Below, piece by piece: positions 37,204 through 49,927 of a DNA stretch of 64,000 nt. The DNA comes from Gammaproteobacteria bacterium. GTDB lineage: Bacteria; Pseudomonadota; Gammaproteobacteria; JBCCGL01. The notes beneath the pieces are model-generated. The model saw only the letters and a program-made list of their open reading frames with translations, made no database searches and was not told the origin of the DNA. Made by a program: the position numbers and the translations under genes. Positions within the stretch are counted from its first letter, which is position 1; each line of letters starts with the position of its first letter. The stretch lies in assembly GCA_965277715.1 (NCBI GenBank), contig OZ255836.1, forward strand, positions 480,001 to 544,000, written 5' to 3'.

Positions 37204-37515
37204 TTACTTACTGCCCTGTAGGCAGGGCGGTGACTGAGCAACCTTGCCATTGCGCGCCTCCCATTCGCTGGGTGTTGTCGTGTGTAACGAGAGCGCGTGT
37301 ACCCCGCTGTTTAATTCGTCAGCCAACAGGTTGTTTATACTGCGATGCCTGGCGATAAGTGCCTTCCCCTGAAACTGCGCTGACACAACGATCACTTTAA
37401 AGTGCGATTCAGACCCTGGTGGTACATTATGCTTATGGCTTTCATTCACCACCTCCAGGTGAATGGGGGATAAAGCATGGCTGAGTTTTGAATAAATTGT
37501 GTCTTGGGTGGTCAT
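37204..37515 (-). CDS. bolA: BolA family regulator
   Basis: NESHKHNVP.GSESHFKV, RHR, GVHAL, SPPC. Confidence 0.93.
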   Translation of the reverse strand: MTTQDTIYSKLSHALSPIHLEVVNESHKHNVPPGSESHFKVIVVSAQFQGKALIARHRSINNLLADELNSGVHALSLHTTTPSEWEARNGKVAQSPPCLQGSK

Positions 37516-37636
37516 TTGTCGATATTTTGGCCTTGAGCGATGGTAAATTATCCGCCTTAATGAAACCAAATGCCAACAGGATAAGCGCAATACCCTTAAT
37601 CCCTGTGCTTTTTACCTGTCTACAAAGAAATAACCT

Positions 37637-38416
37637 ATGTGTCTGATTCTACTGGCATACCGCGTTCATCCTGAATTTCCACTTATCGTGGTGGCTAACC
37701 GTGATGAATTTTATGCACGCCCTACGGCGGTTGCGTCTATCTGGCCAGAGCCAGGTGGCATATTGGCTGGCCGGGATTTGCAAGCCCAAGGCACCTGGCT
37801 AGGCGTGACTGGCTCTGGAAAATTTGCCGCAATCACTAACTACCGCAGTGACGAGAAACCAGTAGCGACCGGCACATCCCGTGGCGACCTGGTGGCCGGG
37901 TATCTGCGCAGCAGTAAAAATGCACAGTGCTGGTCATCAGAACTGATTGATAGTTCTGACGAATATCAGGGGTATAACCTGCTGACATTTGATGGTGAGC
38001 ACTTGGTTTACGCCTCAAATAGAGGCAGTGAACGCCTGCAGTCACTAACGCCAGGTATTCATGGGCTCAGTAACAAACACCTAAACACCCCTTGGCCAAA
38101 GGTTAGGCAAGGTTGCGAGGCTTTGCAGTCATTAGTAAATGAGGATGCCGTTTCAACCGGGCAGCTAATCGACTTGATGGCAGATAACCAACAAGCGCCC
38201 GACAATCAATTGCCAGACACGGGCGTATCCCTGCAATGGGAACGGTTGTTATCTTCAACGTTCATTCACTCAGAATACTACGGCACGCGCTGCACCACTG
38301 TGGTCAAGTTCTCGGTTGAAAAAAACATTGAATTTATTGAGCGAACCTACCGTGACGATGGCAGGCAACTTATTACCAATCAGTTCCAGTTTAAAATCAG
38401 TCCCTGTTTAGTATGA
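37637..38416 (+). CDS. NRDE/TANGO2 family protein
   Basis: MCLI...ANRDEFY.RPT, GTWLG, YGTR. Confidence 0.93.
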   Translation: MCLILLAYRVHPEFPLIVVANRDEFYARPTAVASIWPEPGGILAGRDLQAQGTWLGVTGSGKFAAITNYRSDEKPVATGTSRGDLVAGYLRSSKNAQCWSSELIDSSDEYQGYNLLTFDGEHLVYASNRGSERLQSLTPGIHGLSNKHLNTPWPKVRQGCEALQSLVNEDAVSTGQLIDLMADNQQAPDNQLPDTGVSLQWERLLSSTFIHSEYYGTRCTTVVKFSVEKNIEFIERTYRDDGRQLITNQFQFKISPCLV

Positions 38417-38424
38417 ATGATAAA

Positions 38425-39900
38425 TCAACGTAATGTGCCGTGGCACTGTTTGAATTTTTTGCCTGAGTTACAGGGGCAGGGTGCGTTGCGACTAACGATT
38501 TTGCCATCGTAGGTAGGCGAGGCAGCACCGGGTTCTATCTTTGTTTCGGCAATAGGGTTTTTATCTTCGGGGCGCACAGTAGCGTTTGGTACCCAGTCGA
38601 TAATAAGGTGGATGCGTTCTTCATCACTCTGGTTTTCTACTGAATGTATGGTCGCGTTATTAATTTCCCATACCTCGCCTGTGCGCATTACTTTTTCTTC
38701 ACCGCCTACCATAAACATATTCTTGTCATTCGTTATGATAGGTATATGAATACGGTGGCAGTTCAATAAGGAATAGAGCCCATCAGTGTGTACGGGTATT
38801 TTTCCATTGCCAAACAACTTTGCGAAAATTATTCTTACTACAAACCCATCGTGCTTGTAGTAGTCATTGATTCGATCAATCAAGGGCTTTAAAACTGTCT
38901 CAAACTGGGTGTAAATATCGTGATAAGTCGGGTTGAAATGACGAAAGTCTTCATCGTATATCAACATCAATGCCTGGGTTTGCTTATGCACTTCATAGCG
39001 ATTCTCGCGCCCGGATAGCTTCCATGCACTCTCTGGAATTTTAGCGAGTTGGTTTTTAATAGGCTCTACATCAAAATCAGTATGCAACAATAAATAATTG
39101 CTTTGTTTTCCCAACAACTTTTGAAACGGGTTAGAACCTTGATGCATTTGTGGGTTTGAAAGCGCGATGGTTTTTTCCGGGGCGTCACTACTTTCAAATG
39201 TATAATCAAATTTATGGATTAGCGCCGCTTCTTTTTCAGCGATAAGTTCGCGCAGTTCATCATTGTAGTAGCATGAATAATGGCTGTGATGGGACGCGTT
39301 TATTCGGTGCCTATTGCCAAATTCAGATTGAATTGCATCGATTTGCTTGACAGAGAGTTGCCGCATAATAGACAGAAAATCTTCTTCCAAGTGCTCGAAC
39401 CGGCCAATAAACAGTGATGCACCATCAAAGCCGCCATGCATACGTTTAAATAACCACGAGTAATAGCCCGTGTTATCGTCGTTAAAATTCCGCACACAAT
39501 TTTTTGATAAACCTAGCCCCTGGTTACCTTGTAAAGAGTCGGGTAGTATCGAAACAAGCGCTTTTCTGTGATTTTGGCTTTTTTGCGTATCTGAGCCCAA
39601 ATTTACCAGGTTTTTTATCGTCGTTTTAAAATCAGCCTGACAGCCATCTGAAAGAATAAAAAATAAAGGGTTGCCAGCATTAGGCCGGATATTGAAAGCG
39701 TACCAGGATATATACCAGTCCCAGGGGTTACGAACGATACCGACCAGAGGTAAATCTGCACACTCAGGTGGGAGGAGATGACAGGGGTAATGGTAACCAA
39801 TAGGGCGATAGCCTGGAATGCACCGTTCAATAATATGGTTTAGTGTCTGGCCACCTGTTTTGTGCATATGAATGAACACAAACTGCTCAGTGGTTATCAT
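38425..39900 (-). CDS. Sulfotransferase-like / Asp-Asn beta-hydroxylase-like / SEC-C fusion
   Basis: FIHMHKTGG and VRNPWDWYISWY (PAPS motifs); IPVHTD...HSVEN...RIHLI (2OG-Fe); RNAPCPCNSGKKFKQCHG. Confidence 0.8.
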   Translation of the reverse strand: MITTEQFVFIHMHKTGGQTLNHIIERCIPGYRPIGYHYPCHLLPPECADLPLVGIVRNPWDWYISWYAFNIRPNAGNPLFFILSDGCQADFKTTIKNLVNLGSDTQKSQNHRKALVSILPDSLQGNQGLGLSKNCVRNFNDDNTGYYSWLFKRMHGGFDGASLFIGRFEHLEEDFLSIMRQLSVKQIDAIQSEFGNRHRINASHHSHYSCYYNDELRELIAEKEAALIHKFDYTFESSDAPEKTIALSNPQMHQGSNPFQKLLGKQSNYLLLHTDFDVEPIKNQLAKIPESAWKLSGRENRYEVHKQTQALMLIYDEDFRHFNPTYHDIYTQFETVLKPLIDRINDYYKHDGFVVRIIFAKLFGNGKIPVHTDGLYSLLNCHRIHIPIITNDKNMFMVGGEEKVMRTGEVWEINNATIHSVENQSDEERIHLIIDWVPNATVRPEDKNPIAETKIEPGAASPTYDGKIVSRNAPCPCNSGKKFKQCHGTLR

Positions 39901-40038
39901 CGATTCACTCCTGCGCACGCTGGAAAAAAATGACGATTATCATACGTTTTTCTCAAGTGTCTGCAAGCTGAACAACGCAGCGTTGAGGATGTGTTGGTTG
40001 CTTATTCTTGGTGGTAATTAGGGGTTCTTAATAATATT

Positions 40039-40869
40039 TCACTCCAGAAAGGGAGCCATCTGCATACTGTCGGCGATTGGTGCACCAATGCGCTGTAATA
40101 CAGTGGGGGCTATTTGTAATTGATCCAGTACCTGCGAGGTATCCGGCCCGCTGGCATCGCCGAAATAATACAGTGGCACCTCGCGCATGACTGCTTCGGT
40201 GCCGCCGTGGTGGCCGCGATCAGTTTGCCCGTGGTCGGCGGTAATCATTACTTCGTAGCCGTTGTTGCGCCAGCGGGGCAGGTAGCGCGCCAGTGCAGCG
40301 TCGACGGTGTAGGTGTTCTTGTCCATTTGGATCGATTGCTGCCCGTAGCGGTGACCAACACTGTCGGTCGAGCTGATGTGGTTCAAGATGTAATGCGGCG
40401 TGAAGCGCTCGGCTAACAGGGTGGTCTGGGCAAATAAGTCATAGTCTGAGGGCACGGCCAGGTTGCCGCTGCTCTCACCCAGCATTGAATAAAACCGGGC
40501 GTGCTGAATGGGCATATTTTCGTCGTCGATTTCCATATCGCGCACTGTGTCGTAAGGTGCGCGTTGAAAGTAAGTGGAAAAAAATGAATGGGCAACCGCG
40601 CCAGTACCACGTTGTGCCTGACGTGCCTGGGAAAAAATATCCGCCTGCGTTACGTTGATTAGATGGTCATTGCTCAGGACACCGTGCTGCTGAGGTGCCA
40701 CGCCAGTGTGAATGCTGGCGTAGCAAGGGCCAGAGGTGGTCGGTAGCACCGCTAACATTTTCCACACCTGTGCGTCGCCACGGGCAACCCAGCCCTCGAT
40801 ATTGCCCAGTAGCCTGCGCGCCTGTGCGTAGCCCAGCCCATCGAGAATGACTAAAACCAGTTTGCCCAT
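40039..40869 (-). CDS. Alkaline phosphatase superfamily (nucleotide pyrophosphatase-like) protein
   Basis: ILDGLG, PTTSGP, D..GH..G, ITADHG. Confidence 0.85.
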   Translation of the reverse strand: MGKLVLVILDGLGYAQARRLLGNIEGWVARGDAQVWKMLAVLPTTSGPCYASIHTGVAPQQHGVLSNDHLINVTQADIFSQARQAQRGTGAVAHSFFSTYFQRAPYDTVRDMEIDDENMPIQHARFYSMLGESSGNLAVPSDYDLFAQTTLLAERFTPHYILNHISSTDSVGHRYGQQSIQMDKNTYTVDAALARYLPRWRNNGYEVMITADHGQTDRGHHGGTEAVMREVPLYYFGDASGPDTSQVLDQLQIAPTVLQRIGAPIADSMQMAPFLE

Positions 40870-40956
40870 TACAACACCTACTCTCGTTAATGATTAATTC
40901 AGGATAAGGCGTGTGAGTGATTTACTCTCGCCCGCCACAACGTATATCATAAGTGA

Positions 40957-42255
<1,299 letters not shown>

Positions 42256-42259
42256 TTGA

Positions 42260-42913
42260 ATGAATAATCTGACCCTCGCCCTGGCCAAAGGGCGTATCTA
42301 CCAGGAAGTGTTGCCCCTTTTGCGGGCGGCGGGTGTCGTGCCCGTTGAAGACCCTGAAACCAGTCGAAAACTGATAATCGACACTAACCAGAAGGGCGTT
42401 AGGCTGGTGATTGTGCGCACCACCGATGTACCAACCTATGTGCAATACGGCGGTGCAGACCTGGGCGTGGTGGGCAAAGACGTGTTGATGGAGCACGGTG
42501 GTGAGGGGCTTTACGAGCCACTCGATTTAGAGATAGCGCGCTGCCGGTTGATGGTCGCTGGTGCGGCTGATTCCCCCGCTGAAAATGAGGCGCTGTATGC
42601 GCCCGCACGTTTGCGCGTCGCTACAAAATTTGCCAATTGCGCACGCCGCTACTATGCACGGCAAGGCCAACAGGTCGACATCATTAAACTTTATGGTTCA
42701 ATGGAGCTGGCACCGCTGGTGGGCATGGCGGATAAAATCGTCGATGTAGTAGATACCGGCAATACCCTGCGGGCTAATGGCCTGCAACCACAAGCAGTGA
42801 TAGCAGATATCTCCTCGCGCCTGATTGTTAACAAGGCGGCGATGAAAATGAAACACAAAAGGGTGTGCGCCCTGGTGGAAAAGCTGCGTAACGCTGTTAT
42901 CGCACGCCGTTAA
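42260..42913 (+). CDS. hisG: ATP phosphoribosyltransferase, short form
   Basis: KGRI, DVPTYV, GSMELAP, DVVDTG.TL; 217 aa, HisZ-dependent type. Confidence 0.97.
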   Translation: MNNLTLALAKGRIYQEVLPLLRAAGVVPVEDPETSRKLIIDTNQKGVRLVIVRTTDVPTYVQYGGADLGVVGKDVLMEHGGEGLYEPLDLEIARCRLMVAGAADSPAENEALYAPARLRVATKFANCARRYYARQGQQVDIIKLYGSMELAPLVGMADKIVDVVDTGNTLRANGLQPQAVIADISSRLIVNKAAMKMKHKRVCALVEKLRNAVIARR

Positions 42914-42939
42914 ATGATTAATAAACCCGGAACCAACCC

Positions 42940-44004
42940 ATGAAACTTGCAACAGACGATCTGCGTATCCAGGAGATCAAAGAGCTGAACCCGCCGCAAC
43001 AGCTACTGGAAACCTATGTGCTGAGTGATGCCGCCTCACAAACAGTCCACAGTGCGCGTGAAACCCTGCACAATATCCTCAACCAGCGGGACAATAGGCT
43101 GGCAGTAGTGGTGGGGCCGTGCTCGATTCACGACCCCCGGGTGGCGCGTGAATACGCGGGCAAACTGATGCCATTGGCAAAATCACTGGCCGATGATCTG
43201 TTTATTATCATGCGCGTATATTTTGAAAAACCGCGCACCACGGTGGGTTGGAAAGGGCTGATAAACGACCCGGTGCTGGATGACAGCTTTGAGATCAATA
43301 AAGGCCTGGCGATGGCGCGCAGCCTGCTGCTCGACCTGGCGGAGATGGGGCTGCCCGCCGGCACCGAATACCTCGACCTGATTAGCCCGCAATATATCGC
43401 CGATCTGATCAGTTGGGGGGCGATTGGTGCACGCACCACCGAGAGCCAGTCACACCGTGAGCTGGCCTCGGGGCTTTCCTGCCCAATGGGGTTTAAAAAT
43501 GGCACCAATGGCAACCTGCAAATAGCGGTTGACGCGATTGCCTCAGCGAGCCACTCGCACCACTTTCTGTCGGTGACCAAGCAGGGCCACTCGGCCATTT
43601 TTGCCACCCGTGGCAATGAGGATTGCCATGTTATTTTACGCGGTGGTACACACACCAATTATGACTACGCCAGTGTCGAGGATGCCTGCCAATTATTGCA
43701 GAAAGTGGGTTTGCCCCAGCGTTTAATGATCGACTGTAGCCATGCCAATAGCCGCAAACAGCACCACCGGCAAAAACACGTGTGCCGCGATATTGGCAAC
43801 CAACTCGGCGATGGCGAACAACGCATTATCGGCGTAATGGTTGAGAGCAACCTGATCGAGGGGCGACAGAATCTGATCACCGGCCAAGAGCCCGTTTATG
43901 GGCAGAGCATTACCGATGCCTGCATTGGCTGGTCGGATACTGAGGCGGTGCTGAATAACCTGGCGAGCGCAGTGCGCGCCCGTCGTCAAAGCAGTCACCG
44001 CTGA
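42940..44004 (+). CDS. aroG: DAHP synthase class I-alpha
   Basis: [44 protein letters not shown]; feedback isoform (aroG/F/H) cannot be determined. Confidence 0.9.
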   Translation: MKLATDDLRIQEIKELNPPQQLLETYVLSDAASQTVHSARETLHNILNQRDNRLAVVVGPCSIHDPRVAREYAGKLMPLAKSLADDLFIIMRVYFEKPRTTVGWKGLINDPVLDDSFEINKGLAMARSLLLDLAEMGLPAGTEYLDLISPQYIADLISWGAIGARTTESQSHRELASGLSCPMGFKNGTNGNLQIAVDAIASASHSHHFLSVTKQGHSAIFATRGNEDCHVILRGGTHTNYDYASVEDACQLLQKVGLPQRLMIDCSHANSRKQHHRQKHVCRDIGNQLGDGEQRIIGVMVESNLIEGRQNLITGQEPVYGQSITDACIGWSDTEAVLNNLASAVRARRQSSHR

Positions 44005-45299
44005 TGATGGAAATCACGCGCCTGGATACCCGCAATGGCAACTTTCAATCGTCACTGCAGGCACTGCTCGCCTGGGAGGCGGCGTCTGATGACGACGTGT
44101 CGAAAACCGTTAACCACATCCTTGCCGATGTGCGCGCACGCGGTGATGCGGCGGTGCTCGAATACACGCAACAACTGGATAACAACCCGGCGCAACAATT
44201 TTCAGACCTGATTATCCCGGCTTCACAGCTACAGGCAGCATTGCACGCTATCAATGCGCAACAGCGCGATGCGCTGTCGGTAGCGGCTGAACGCATTCGA
44301 CGTTATGCAACGCATCAAAAACTTGAATCCTGGCAATACACCGAAGCCGATGGCAGCGTGCTGGGTCAACAGATCACCGCGTTGGATCGCGTTGGTTTAT
44401 ACGTGCCCGGTGGCAAGGCCGCCTATCCCTCATCGGTACTGATGAACGCGCTACCCGCCAAAGTAGCGGGTGTGGGCGAGTTGCTGATGGTCGTGCCGAC
44501 GCCACAGGGCGAAACCAACCCCCTGGTGTTAGCCGCCGCTGCGATTGCCGGGGTCGACCAGGTGATTGCCATTGGTGGCGCCCAGGCGGTTGCCGCGCTG
44601 GCCTATGGCACTGAGTCGGTCGCCGCCGTGGATAAAATCGTCGGCCCCGGCAATAGCTATGTCGCCACGGCCAAACGCATGGTGTTCGGCACCGTGGGTA
44701 TCGACATCATTGCCGGTCCCTCGGAAATCTGCGTGGTTTGCGATGGTGGCACTGACCCAGAGTGGATCGCGATGGACCTGTTCTCCCAGGCCGAACATGA
44801 CGAAGATGCCCAGGCGATTTTACTGTGCTGGGATGATAACTTTATTGATAAAGTCCTGGCCGCCTGCCAGCGTCTGTTGCCGACAATGCCGCGTGCCGGG
44901 ACTATCCGCCAGTCAATGCAGGCACGCGGTGCAGTGATTCGCGTCGCCGATCTTAATGACGCCATTGATGTCGTTAACACCATCGCCCCGGAACACCTGG
45001 AACTGTCGGTTGAAAATGCCCAGCAAGTGGCACAAAGCGTGCGCCATGCCGGGGCAATTTTTGCCGGTCGTTACACCGCCGAGGCACTCGGCGATTATTG
45101 TGCGGGGCCTAACCACGTATTGCCAACCGCACGCACCGCACGTTTTTCATCACCGCTGGGGGTATACGATTTTCAAAAGCGCAGCAGCCTGATTGCCTGC
45201 TCGCCGCAGGGCGCGTCAACGCTGGGTAAAACAGCGACTATACTGGCACGTGGCGAGGGTTTGATTGCACATGCGGAGTCTGCGCGATACCGGATTTGA
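44004..45299 (+). CDS. hisD: Histidinol dehydrogenase
   Basis: [38 protein letters not shown]. Confidence 0.98.
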   Translation: MMEITRLDTRNGNFQSSLQALLAWEAASDDDVSKTVNHILADVRARGDAAVLEYTQQLDNNPAQQFSDLIIPASQLQAALHAINAQQRDALSVAAERIRRYATHQKLESWQYTEADGSVLGQQITALDRVGLYVPGGKAAYPSSVLMNALPAKVAGVGELLMVVPTPQGETNPLVLAAAAIAGVDQVIAIGGAQAVAALAYGTESVAAVDKIVGPGNSYVATAKRMVFGTVGIDIIAGPSEICVVCDGGTDPEWIAMDLFSQAEHDEDAQAILLCWDDNFIDKVLAACQRLLPTMPRAGTIRQSMQARGAVIRVADLNDAIDVVNTIAPEHLELSVENAQQVAQSVRHAGAIFAGRYTAEALGDYCAGPNHVLPTARTARFSSPLGVYDFQKRSSLIACSPQGASTLGKTATILARGEGLIAHAESARYRI

Positions 45300-45362
45300 G
45301 CGGGAAAATGTTTTTTCTTAATGGGTGTCAAGCTTGAGCTAAGGTATGAAAATCGGTGGCCC

Positions 45363-46418
45363 CTACCCCAATCGACGCAACCTTGTTTCAGCGTCAAAAA
45401 GATGCGCTTTGCCAACCTGGATACCAAAGCTTAATACCGTATTGTCGGTTGGCAATAGGTGCACACCCTGTAAACTCACCGTGAAACGCTCTGTGGTGCC
45501 CGTGAGCACTCCATGCAATAGTGTGTTCGCGCCCAGTGGCTCGGCCACCTTTATCTTCACGCGGATTGGGCCGTTACTATCGGCGACTAAATGCTCTGGC
45601 CTAATACCTAATTTGACGGGGCCATCACCGCCAACCGCATCCGCGACGGGCTGGCCGTCCAGCAAGACCTGCCCACCCTCTACCTGCGCATCGACGATAT
45701 TCATCGCAGGGCTGCCAATGAACTGCGCAGCGAACAAAGTGCGCGGCGTCTCATAGACTTCTAGCGGCGTACCGATTTGTTCGGCGAAGCCTGCATTCAT
45801 AACGATCATGCGGTCCGCCATGGTCATCGCCTCGACCTGGTCGTGGGTCACGTAAAGGGAAGTGATTCCCAGTGTCGATTGCAGTGCTTTGATCTCAAGC
45901 CGCATCTGTACCCGCAGCTTGGCATCAAGGTTCGACAACGGTTCGTCAAATAAGAACACCGCCGGTTCGCGTACAATCGCACGACCCATCGCAACACGCT
46001 GGCGCTGACCGCCGGACAGTTGTTTGGGTTTGCGATCCAGCAAAGGCTCAAGCTGCAATAGCTTTGCAGCCTTGACCACTTTGGCGTTAATCTGAGCTTT
46101 TGGCAACCCCGCGATCTTCAGCCCATAGCCCATGTTTTGGCGCACGGACATATGCGGATAAAGCGCATAATTCTGGAACACCATGGCGATATCGCGATCC
46201 ATCGGCTCCTTGTCATTGGCCCGCTCGCCGCCGATGTTCACCTCGCCTGCTGAAACAGATTCCAAACCCGCGACCATGCGCAACAACGTTGATTTGCCGC
46301 AACCAGAAGGGCCGACAATCACGATGAACTCGCCATCAGAAATATCGGTGGTAATACCGTGAATCACGTCTGCCGTGCCGAAACTCTTCTTGACATCTAT
46401 AAGGGAAACCGCCGCCAT
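45363..46418 (-). CDS. ugpC: sn-glycerol-3-phosphate ABC ATP-binding subunit
   Basis: [21 protein letters not shown]; operon context. Confidence 0.9.
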   Translation of the reverse strand: MAAVSLIDVKKSFGTADVIHGITTDISDGEFIVIVGPSGCGKSTLLRMVAGLESVSAGEVNIGGERANDKEPMDRDIAMVFQNYALYPHMSVRQNMGYGLKIAGLPKAQINAKVVKAAKLLQLEPLLDRKPKQLSGGQRQRVAMGRAIVREPAVFLFDEPLSNLDAKLRVQMRLEIKALQSTLGITSLYVTHDQVEAMTMADRMIVMNAGFAEQIGTPLEVYETPRTLFAAQFIGSPAMNIVDAQVEGGQVLLDGQPVADAVGGDGPVKLGIRPEHLVADSNGPIRVKIKVAEPLGANTLLHGVLTGTTERFTVSLQGVHLLPTDNTVLSFGIQVGKAHLFDAETRLRRLG

Positions 46419-46421
46419 ATT

Positions 46422-47258
46422 TTATTTCTCGCTATCGACAAGGCCGCGAATAAACAGCCGTTGCATGCTGATCACCACGATCACTGGAGGGATCATCGCA
46501 AGGATCGACGTCGCCATAATCACCGGCCATTCCGCCACATCGTCGCCAGACGGAAACATCTGCTTGATACCCATAACAACTGTGTTCATCTCGGGGTCGG
46601 TGGTAATCAGAAGTGGCCAGAGGTATTGGTTCCAGCCGTAGATAAAGAGGATCACAAACAGAGCCGCCACATTCGTCCGGCTCATTGGCACAACGATATC
46701 CCAGAAGAACCTCATAGGGCGCGCACCGTCGACGCGGGCGGCCTCGGCCAACTCATCCGGTATGGTTAAAAAGAACTGGCGGAACAGAAAAGTCGCCGTG
46801 GCCGAGGCGATCAACGGCAAGATCAGGCCGCCGTAGCTGTTGAGCATGCCAAAGCCCGCGACGACCTCATAAGTCGGAACAATGCGCACCTCGACGGGTA
46901 ACATCAGTGTCAGAAAAATCATCCAGAAAAAGATATTCCGCCCCGGAAAGCGGAAATAGACAATGGCAAAGGCGGAAAGTAGCGAGATGGCAATCTTGCC
47001 GACGGCGATGCCGATGGCCATTACAAAACTGTTGAACAGCATCGTTGTCACTGGAACGTTGACGCCGGAAAACAACGCTTTGGAATAGTTCTCCAGGAAA
47101 TGATCACCGGGCCAAAGCGGCATCGGTGGTTTTACAATTTCAGGCTGAGTTACAGTTGAGGCGACCAGGGCGAGCCAGATAGGGAAAAAGATCACCAACA
47201 CACCAAGGATCATCACGGCGTGGGTCAGCCAAAGGCCCGTGCCGCGTTTTTCGATCAT
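46422..47258 (-). CDS. ugpE: sn-glycerol-3-phosphate ABC permease
   Basis: [29 protein letters not shown]. Confidence 0.92.
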   Translation of the reverse strand: MIEKRGTGLWLTHAVMILGVLVIFFPIWLALVASTVTQPEIVKPPMPLWPGDHFLENYSKALFSGVNVPVTTMLFNSFVMAIGIAVGKIAISLLSAFAIVYFRFPGRNIFFWMIFLTLMLPVEVRIVPTYEVVAGFGMLNSYGGLILPLIASATATFLFRQFFLTIPDELAEAARVDGARPMRFFWDIVVPMSRTNVAALFVILFIYGWNQYLWPLLITTDPEMNTVVMGIKQMFPSGDDVAEWPVIMATSILAMIPPVIVVISMQRLFIRGLVDSEK

Positions 47259-47277
47259 GCCATGTACCTCTTGGCCA

Positions 47278-48159
47278 TCAGTAATGCACCCTTTTCTCAA
47301 TAAACTTGAACTGGATAATGGTCAGCAATCCGACGACCAACAGCAGGATAACAGACTGCGCTGAAGATGAGCCAAGATCCTGGCCAACGAAGCCATCGGA
47401 AAAGACCTTGTAGACCAGTATGGTTGTGGATTGCTGTGGCCCACCTGAGGTAATAGTGTGGATCACGCCGAATGTCTCGAAGAAAGAATATACGATATTG
47501 ACCACCAGCAGGAAGAACGTGGTCGGTGATAACAGCGGCAGCACAATCGTCCAGAACCGCCGCCAGAAACGTGCGCCGTCAATCGCTGCCGCCTCGATAA
47601 CCGAACGCGGCACCGCTTGCAGCGCCGCAAAGAAGAACAGGAAGTTATAGCTGATACGGCCCCAAGCAGAGGCGACAACGACAAGCCCCATCGCCTCGCC
47701 ATCGTTCAGCACATGGTTCCAGTCGTACCCGAGGTTGCCCAGATACCACGACACCACGCCGACGCGGGTGTTGAACATAAACAGCCAAAGAACCCCGGCA
47801 ATCGCGGGTGCCACCGCGTAGGGCCAAATTAACATGGTGCGATAAACGCCGGAGCCTTTGATCAAGCGATCTGCCATTACCGCCAGCAATAGCGCAGGGA
47901 TCATAGAGCACAGTGTGACAAGGATAGAAAAGACCGCCGTGGTCACAAACGATGCGCGATAAAACCTATCGCTCAGAAGAAATTCAAAATTTCCGAGACC
48001 GACAAATTGAGAGGATAGCCCAAAAGGATCAGCGACAAAAAGTGACTGCCAGATCGCTTGGCCCGCAGGGTAGAAAAAGAAAACGGCTGAGATAATGACC
48101 TGGGGTGCGATTAGCAGAAGAGGTAGCAACCAGCCGCGAAAAATGACACGTTTTTCTAT
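47278..48159 (-). CDS. ugpA: sn-glycerol-3-phosphate ABC permease (apparent ATA start)
   Basis: [27 protein letters not shown]; AGGAGG 7 nt upstream of ATA-GAA-AAA-CGT. Confidence 0.9.
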   Translation of the reverse strand: MEKRVIFRGWLLPLLLIAPQVIISAVFFFYPAGQAIWQSLFVADPFGLSSQFVGLGNFEFLLSDRFYRASFVTTAVFSILVTLCSMIPALLLAVMADRLIKGSGVYRTMLIWPYAVAPAIAGVLWLFMFNTRVGVVSWYLGNLGYDWNHVLNDGEAMGLVVVASAWGRISYNFLFFFAALQAVPRSVIEAAAIDGARFWRRFWTIVLPLLSPTTFFLLVVNIVYSFFETFGVIHTITSGGPQQSTTILVYKVFSDGFVGQDLGSSSAQSVILLLVVGLLTIIQFKFIEKRVHY

Positions 48160-48185
48160 GTGTGTGCCTCCTGGGGTCAAAGAGG

Positions 48186-48215
48186 AAAGACAGGCCGCAA
48201 ACCGAGCCTGTCTTT
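48186..48215 (-). terminator. Intercistronic hairpin after ugpB
   Basis: aaagacaggc-N10-gcctgtcttt. Confidence 0.6.
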
Positions 48216-48221
48216 GTGTGT

Positions 48222-49532
48222 TTAGCGGTTGGCCGCTTCAAAGCGGCGCAGCAATGCATCGCCGCGCTCCTTCGCGCTGTCCATCGCCTCTTGGGCTGTT
48301 TTATCGCCAGACCAGATGCCTTCAAGCTCCTCGTCGATGATGCCACGAATCTGATCGAAGGACCCAAGGCGTAAACCTTTGGAATTGGCCGTCGGCTCTT
48401 TGGCTGTCATTTGGATCACCGCCACGTCGGTGCCGGGGTTCTCTTTGTAAAAACCAGCAGCGCGTGTTGCCTCGCCTGCCTCTGTGGTGATTGGCAAGTA
48501 GCCCGTATTCTGGTGCCAGGCGGCTTGAACATCAGAGGAGGACAGGAAGCTCAGAAATTCGCCCGCGCCCTTGTATTCTTCGCTCTCGTGACCATCCATG
48601 ACCCACAAAGACGCGCCACCGATGATGGTATTCTGCGGTGAGTTGCCAACACCTTCCCAATACGGAAGTGGACGGACATCAAAGGCAAATTCAGCTTCAG
48701 AACTGATACCCGCGTAGCCAGCGGAGCTTTCGGTAAACAGCGCGCAATCACCCGCACGGAAGTTTGCACCACCCTCATTGCGACGACCGGTATAGATAAA
48801 TTTGCCGTCTTTTGCCCACTGCCCCATCGCGGTGAGATGCGCAACCTGTGCCTCACCATTCAACATCAGCTCTGTGTCGAGACCGGCAAAGCCGTTATCT
48901 TTTGAAGCAAATGGCACGTCGTGATAGGCCGAGAAGTTCTCCAGATGGATCCAGCTTTGCCACGCGGTCACAAGCGGGCACTCCTCGCCGCCTGCCTTCA
49001 ACGCATCCAGGGCTTCACCCACTTTTTGCCAGGTGGATAAATCTGTGTCGGGATCAACCCCCGCTGCTGTCATCGCATCACGGTTCACCCACAAAACAGG
49101 GGTGGACGAGTTGAAGGGCAGGGACAGCATATCGCCGTTTGCAGATGTGTAGTAACCCTTGACCGCACCAATATAGGCGTCTTGATCAAATGTTGCGCCG
49201 CTTTGCGCCATCACTTCGTGGATGGGGCGAACAGCGCCACCAGCGGCCATCATTGTCGCGGTGCCTACCTCGAACACCATCAGGATGTGCGGTTGCTCGC
49301 CGGCGCGGAATGCGGCGATGCCAGCGTTAAGTGTCTCAGAGTAATTGCCTTTGTGGCTTTCAACCACGGTATAGTCGCTTTGGCTGGCGTTGAACTCCTC
49401 AACCTGGGCTTTCACCAACTCGCCAAGGCGGCCTGTAAACGCGTGCCAAAACAGCACTTCGGTTTTTGCCATCGCTGTGGCTGATGTCAGTATTGTGGAT
49501 AGGGCAAGCGCACCGATTAACGATTTTTTCAT
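48222..49532 (-). CDS. ugpB: sn-glycerol-3-phosphate ABC substrate-binding protein
   Basis: Signal peptide, [32 protein letters not shown]. Confidence 0.93.
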   Translation of the reverse strand: MKKSLIGALALSTILTSATAMAKTEVLFWHAFTGRLGELVKAQVEEFNASQSDYTVVESHKGNYSETLNAGIAAFRAGEQPHILMVFEVGTATMMAAGGAVRPIHEVMAQSGATFDQDAYIGAVKGYYTSANGDMLSLPFNSSTPVLWVNRDAMTAAGVDPDTDLSTWQKVGEALDALKAGGEECPLVTAWQSWIHLENFSAYHDVPFASKDNGFAGLDTELMLNGEAQVAHLTAMGQWAKDGKFIYTGRRNEGGANFRAGDCALFTESSAGYAGISSEAEFAFDVRPLPYWEGVGNSPQNTIIGGASLWVMDGHESEEYKGAGEFLSFLSSSDVQAAWHQNTGYLPITTEAGEATRAAGFYKENPGTDVAVIQMTAKEPTANSKGLRLGSFDQIRGIIDEELEGIWSGDKTAQEAMDSAKERGDALLRRFEAANR

Positions 49533-49609
49533 AGTTCCTCTCATGCACCGTTTCGGTGCGTTTTTATTTGATGTGTTGGGCCAAGGCCCATGCTGATTGT
49601 TGTTCTTTA

Positions 49610-49788
49610 AACCTAAATTCCGCAGTTGAATCGTAGCGAGGGCGTCTAAGGTGCTGAAGATGAAGTGTTTTTACCAGAATTTTAGCAATTCTGTAGTCAT
49701 TCTACAGGTGAAGCTGAAATTCTGGTAAAAGCGCTTTAGATTCAGTGCATTAGATGGTCGCAGTAGATTCAACTGAGGAATTTAGGTT
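49610..49788. repeat. 179-bp palindromic MITE-like element
   Basis: Terminal IR aacctaaattcc(g/t)cagttgaatc; inner IRs ttttaccagaattt/aaattctggtaaaa and ctgtag/ctacag; partial copy at 56907. Confidence 0.85.
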
Positions 49789-49927
49789 ATAAAGAATACA
49801 CGCCCATTTGCATAATGCAAGGCCGCATCGTGTTTATGATCGGGGAGGTCAGTGAGGGCTGGTTTGTTAGAAGGGCATAGGAATAACGGAACCACATAAA
49901 CCAGTGCTGATTTAGGTGGGTGGCAGG

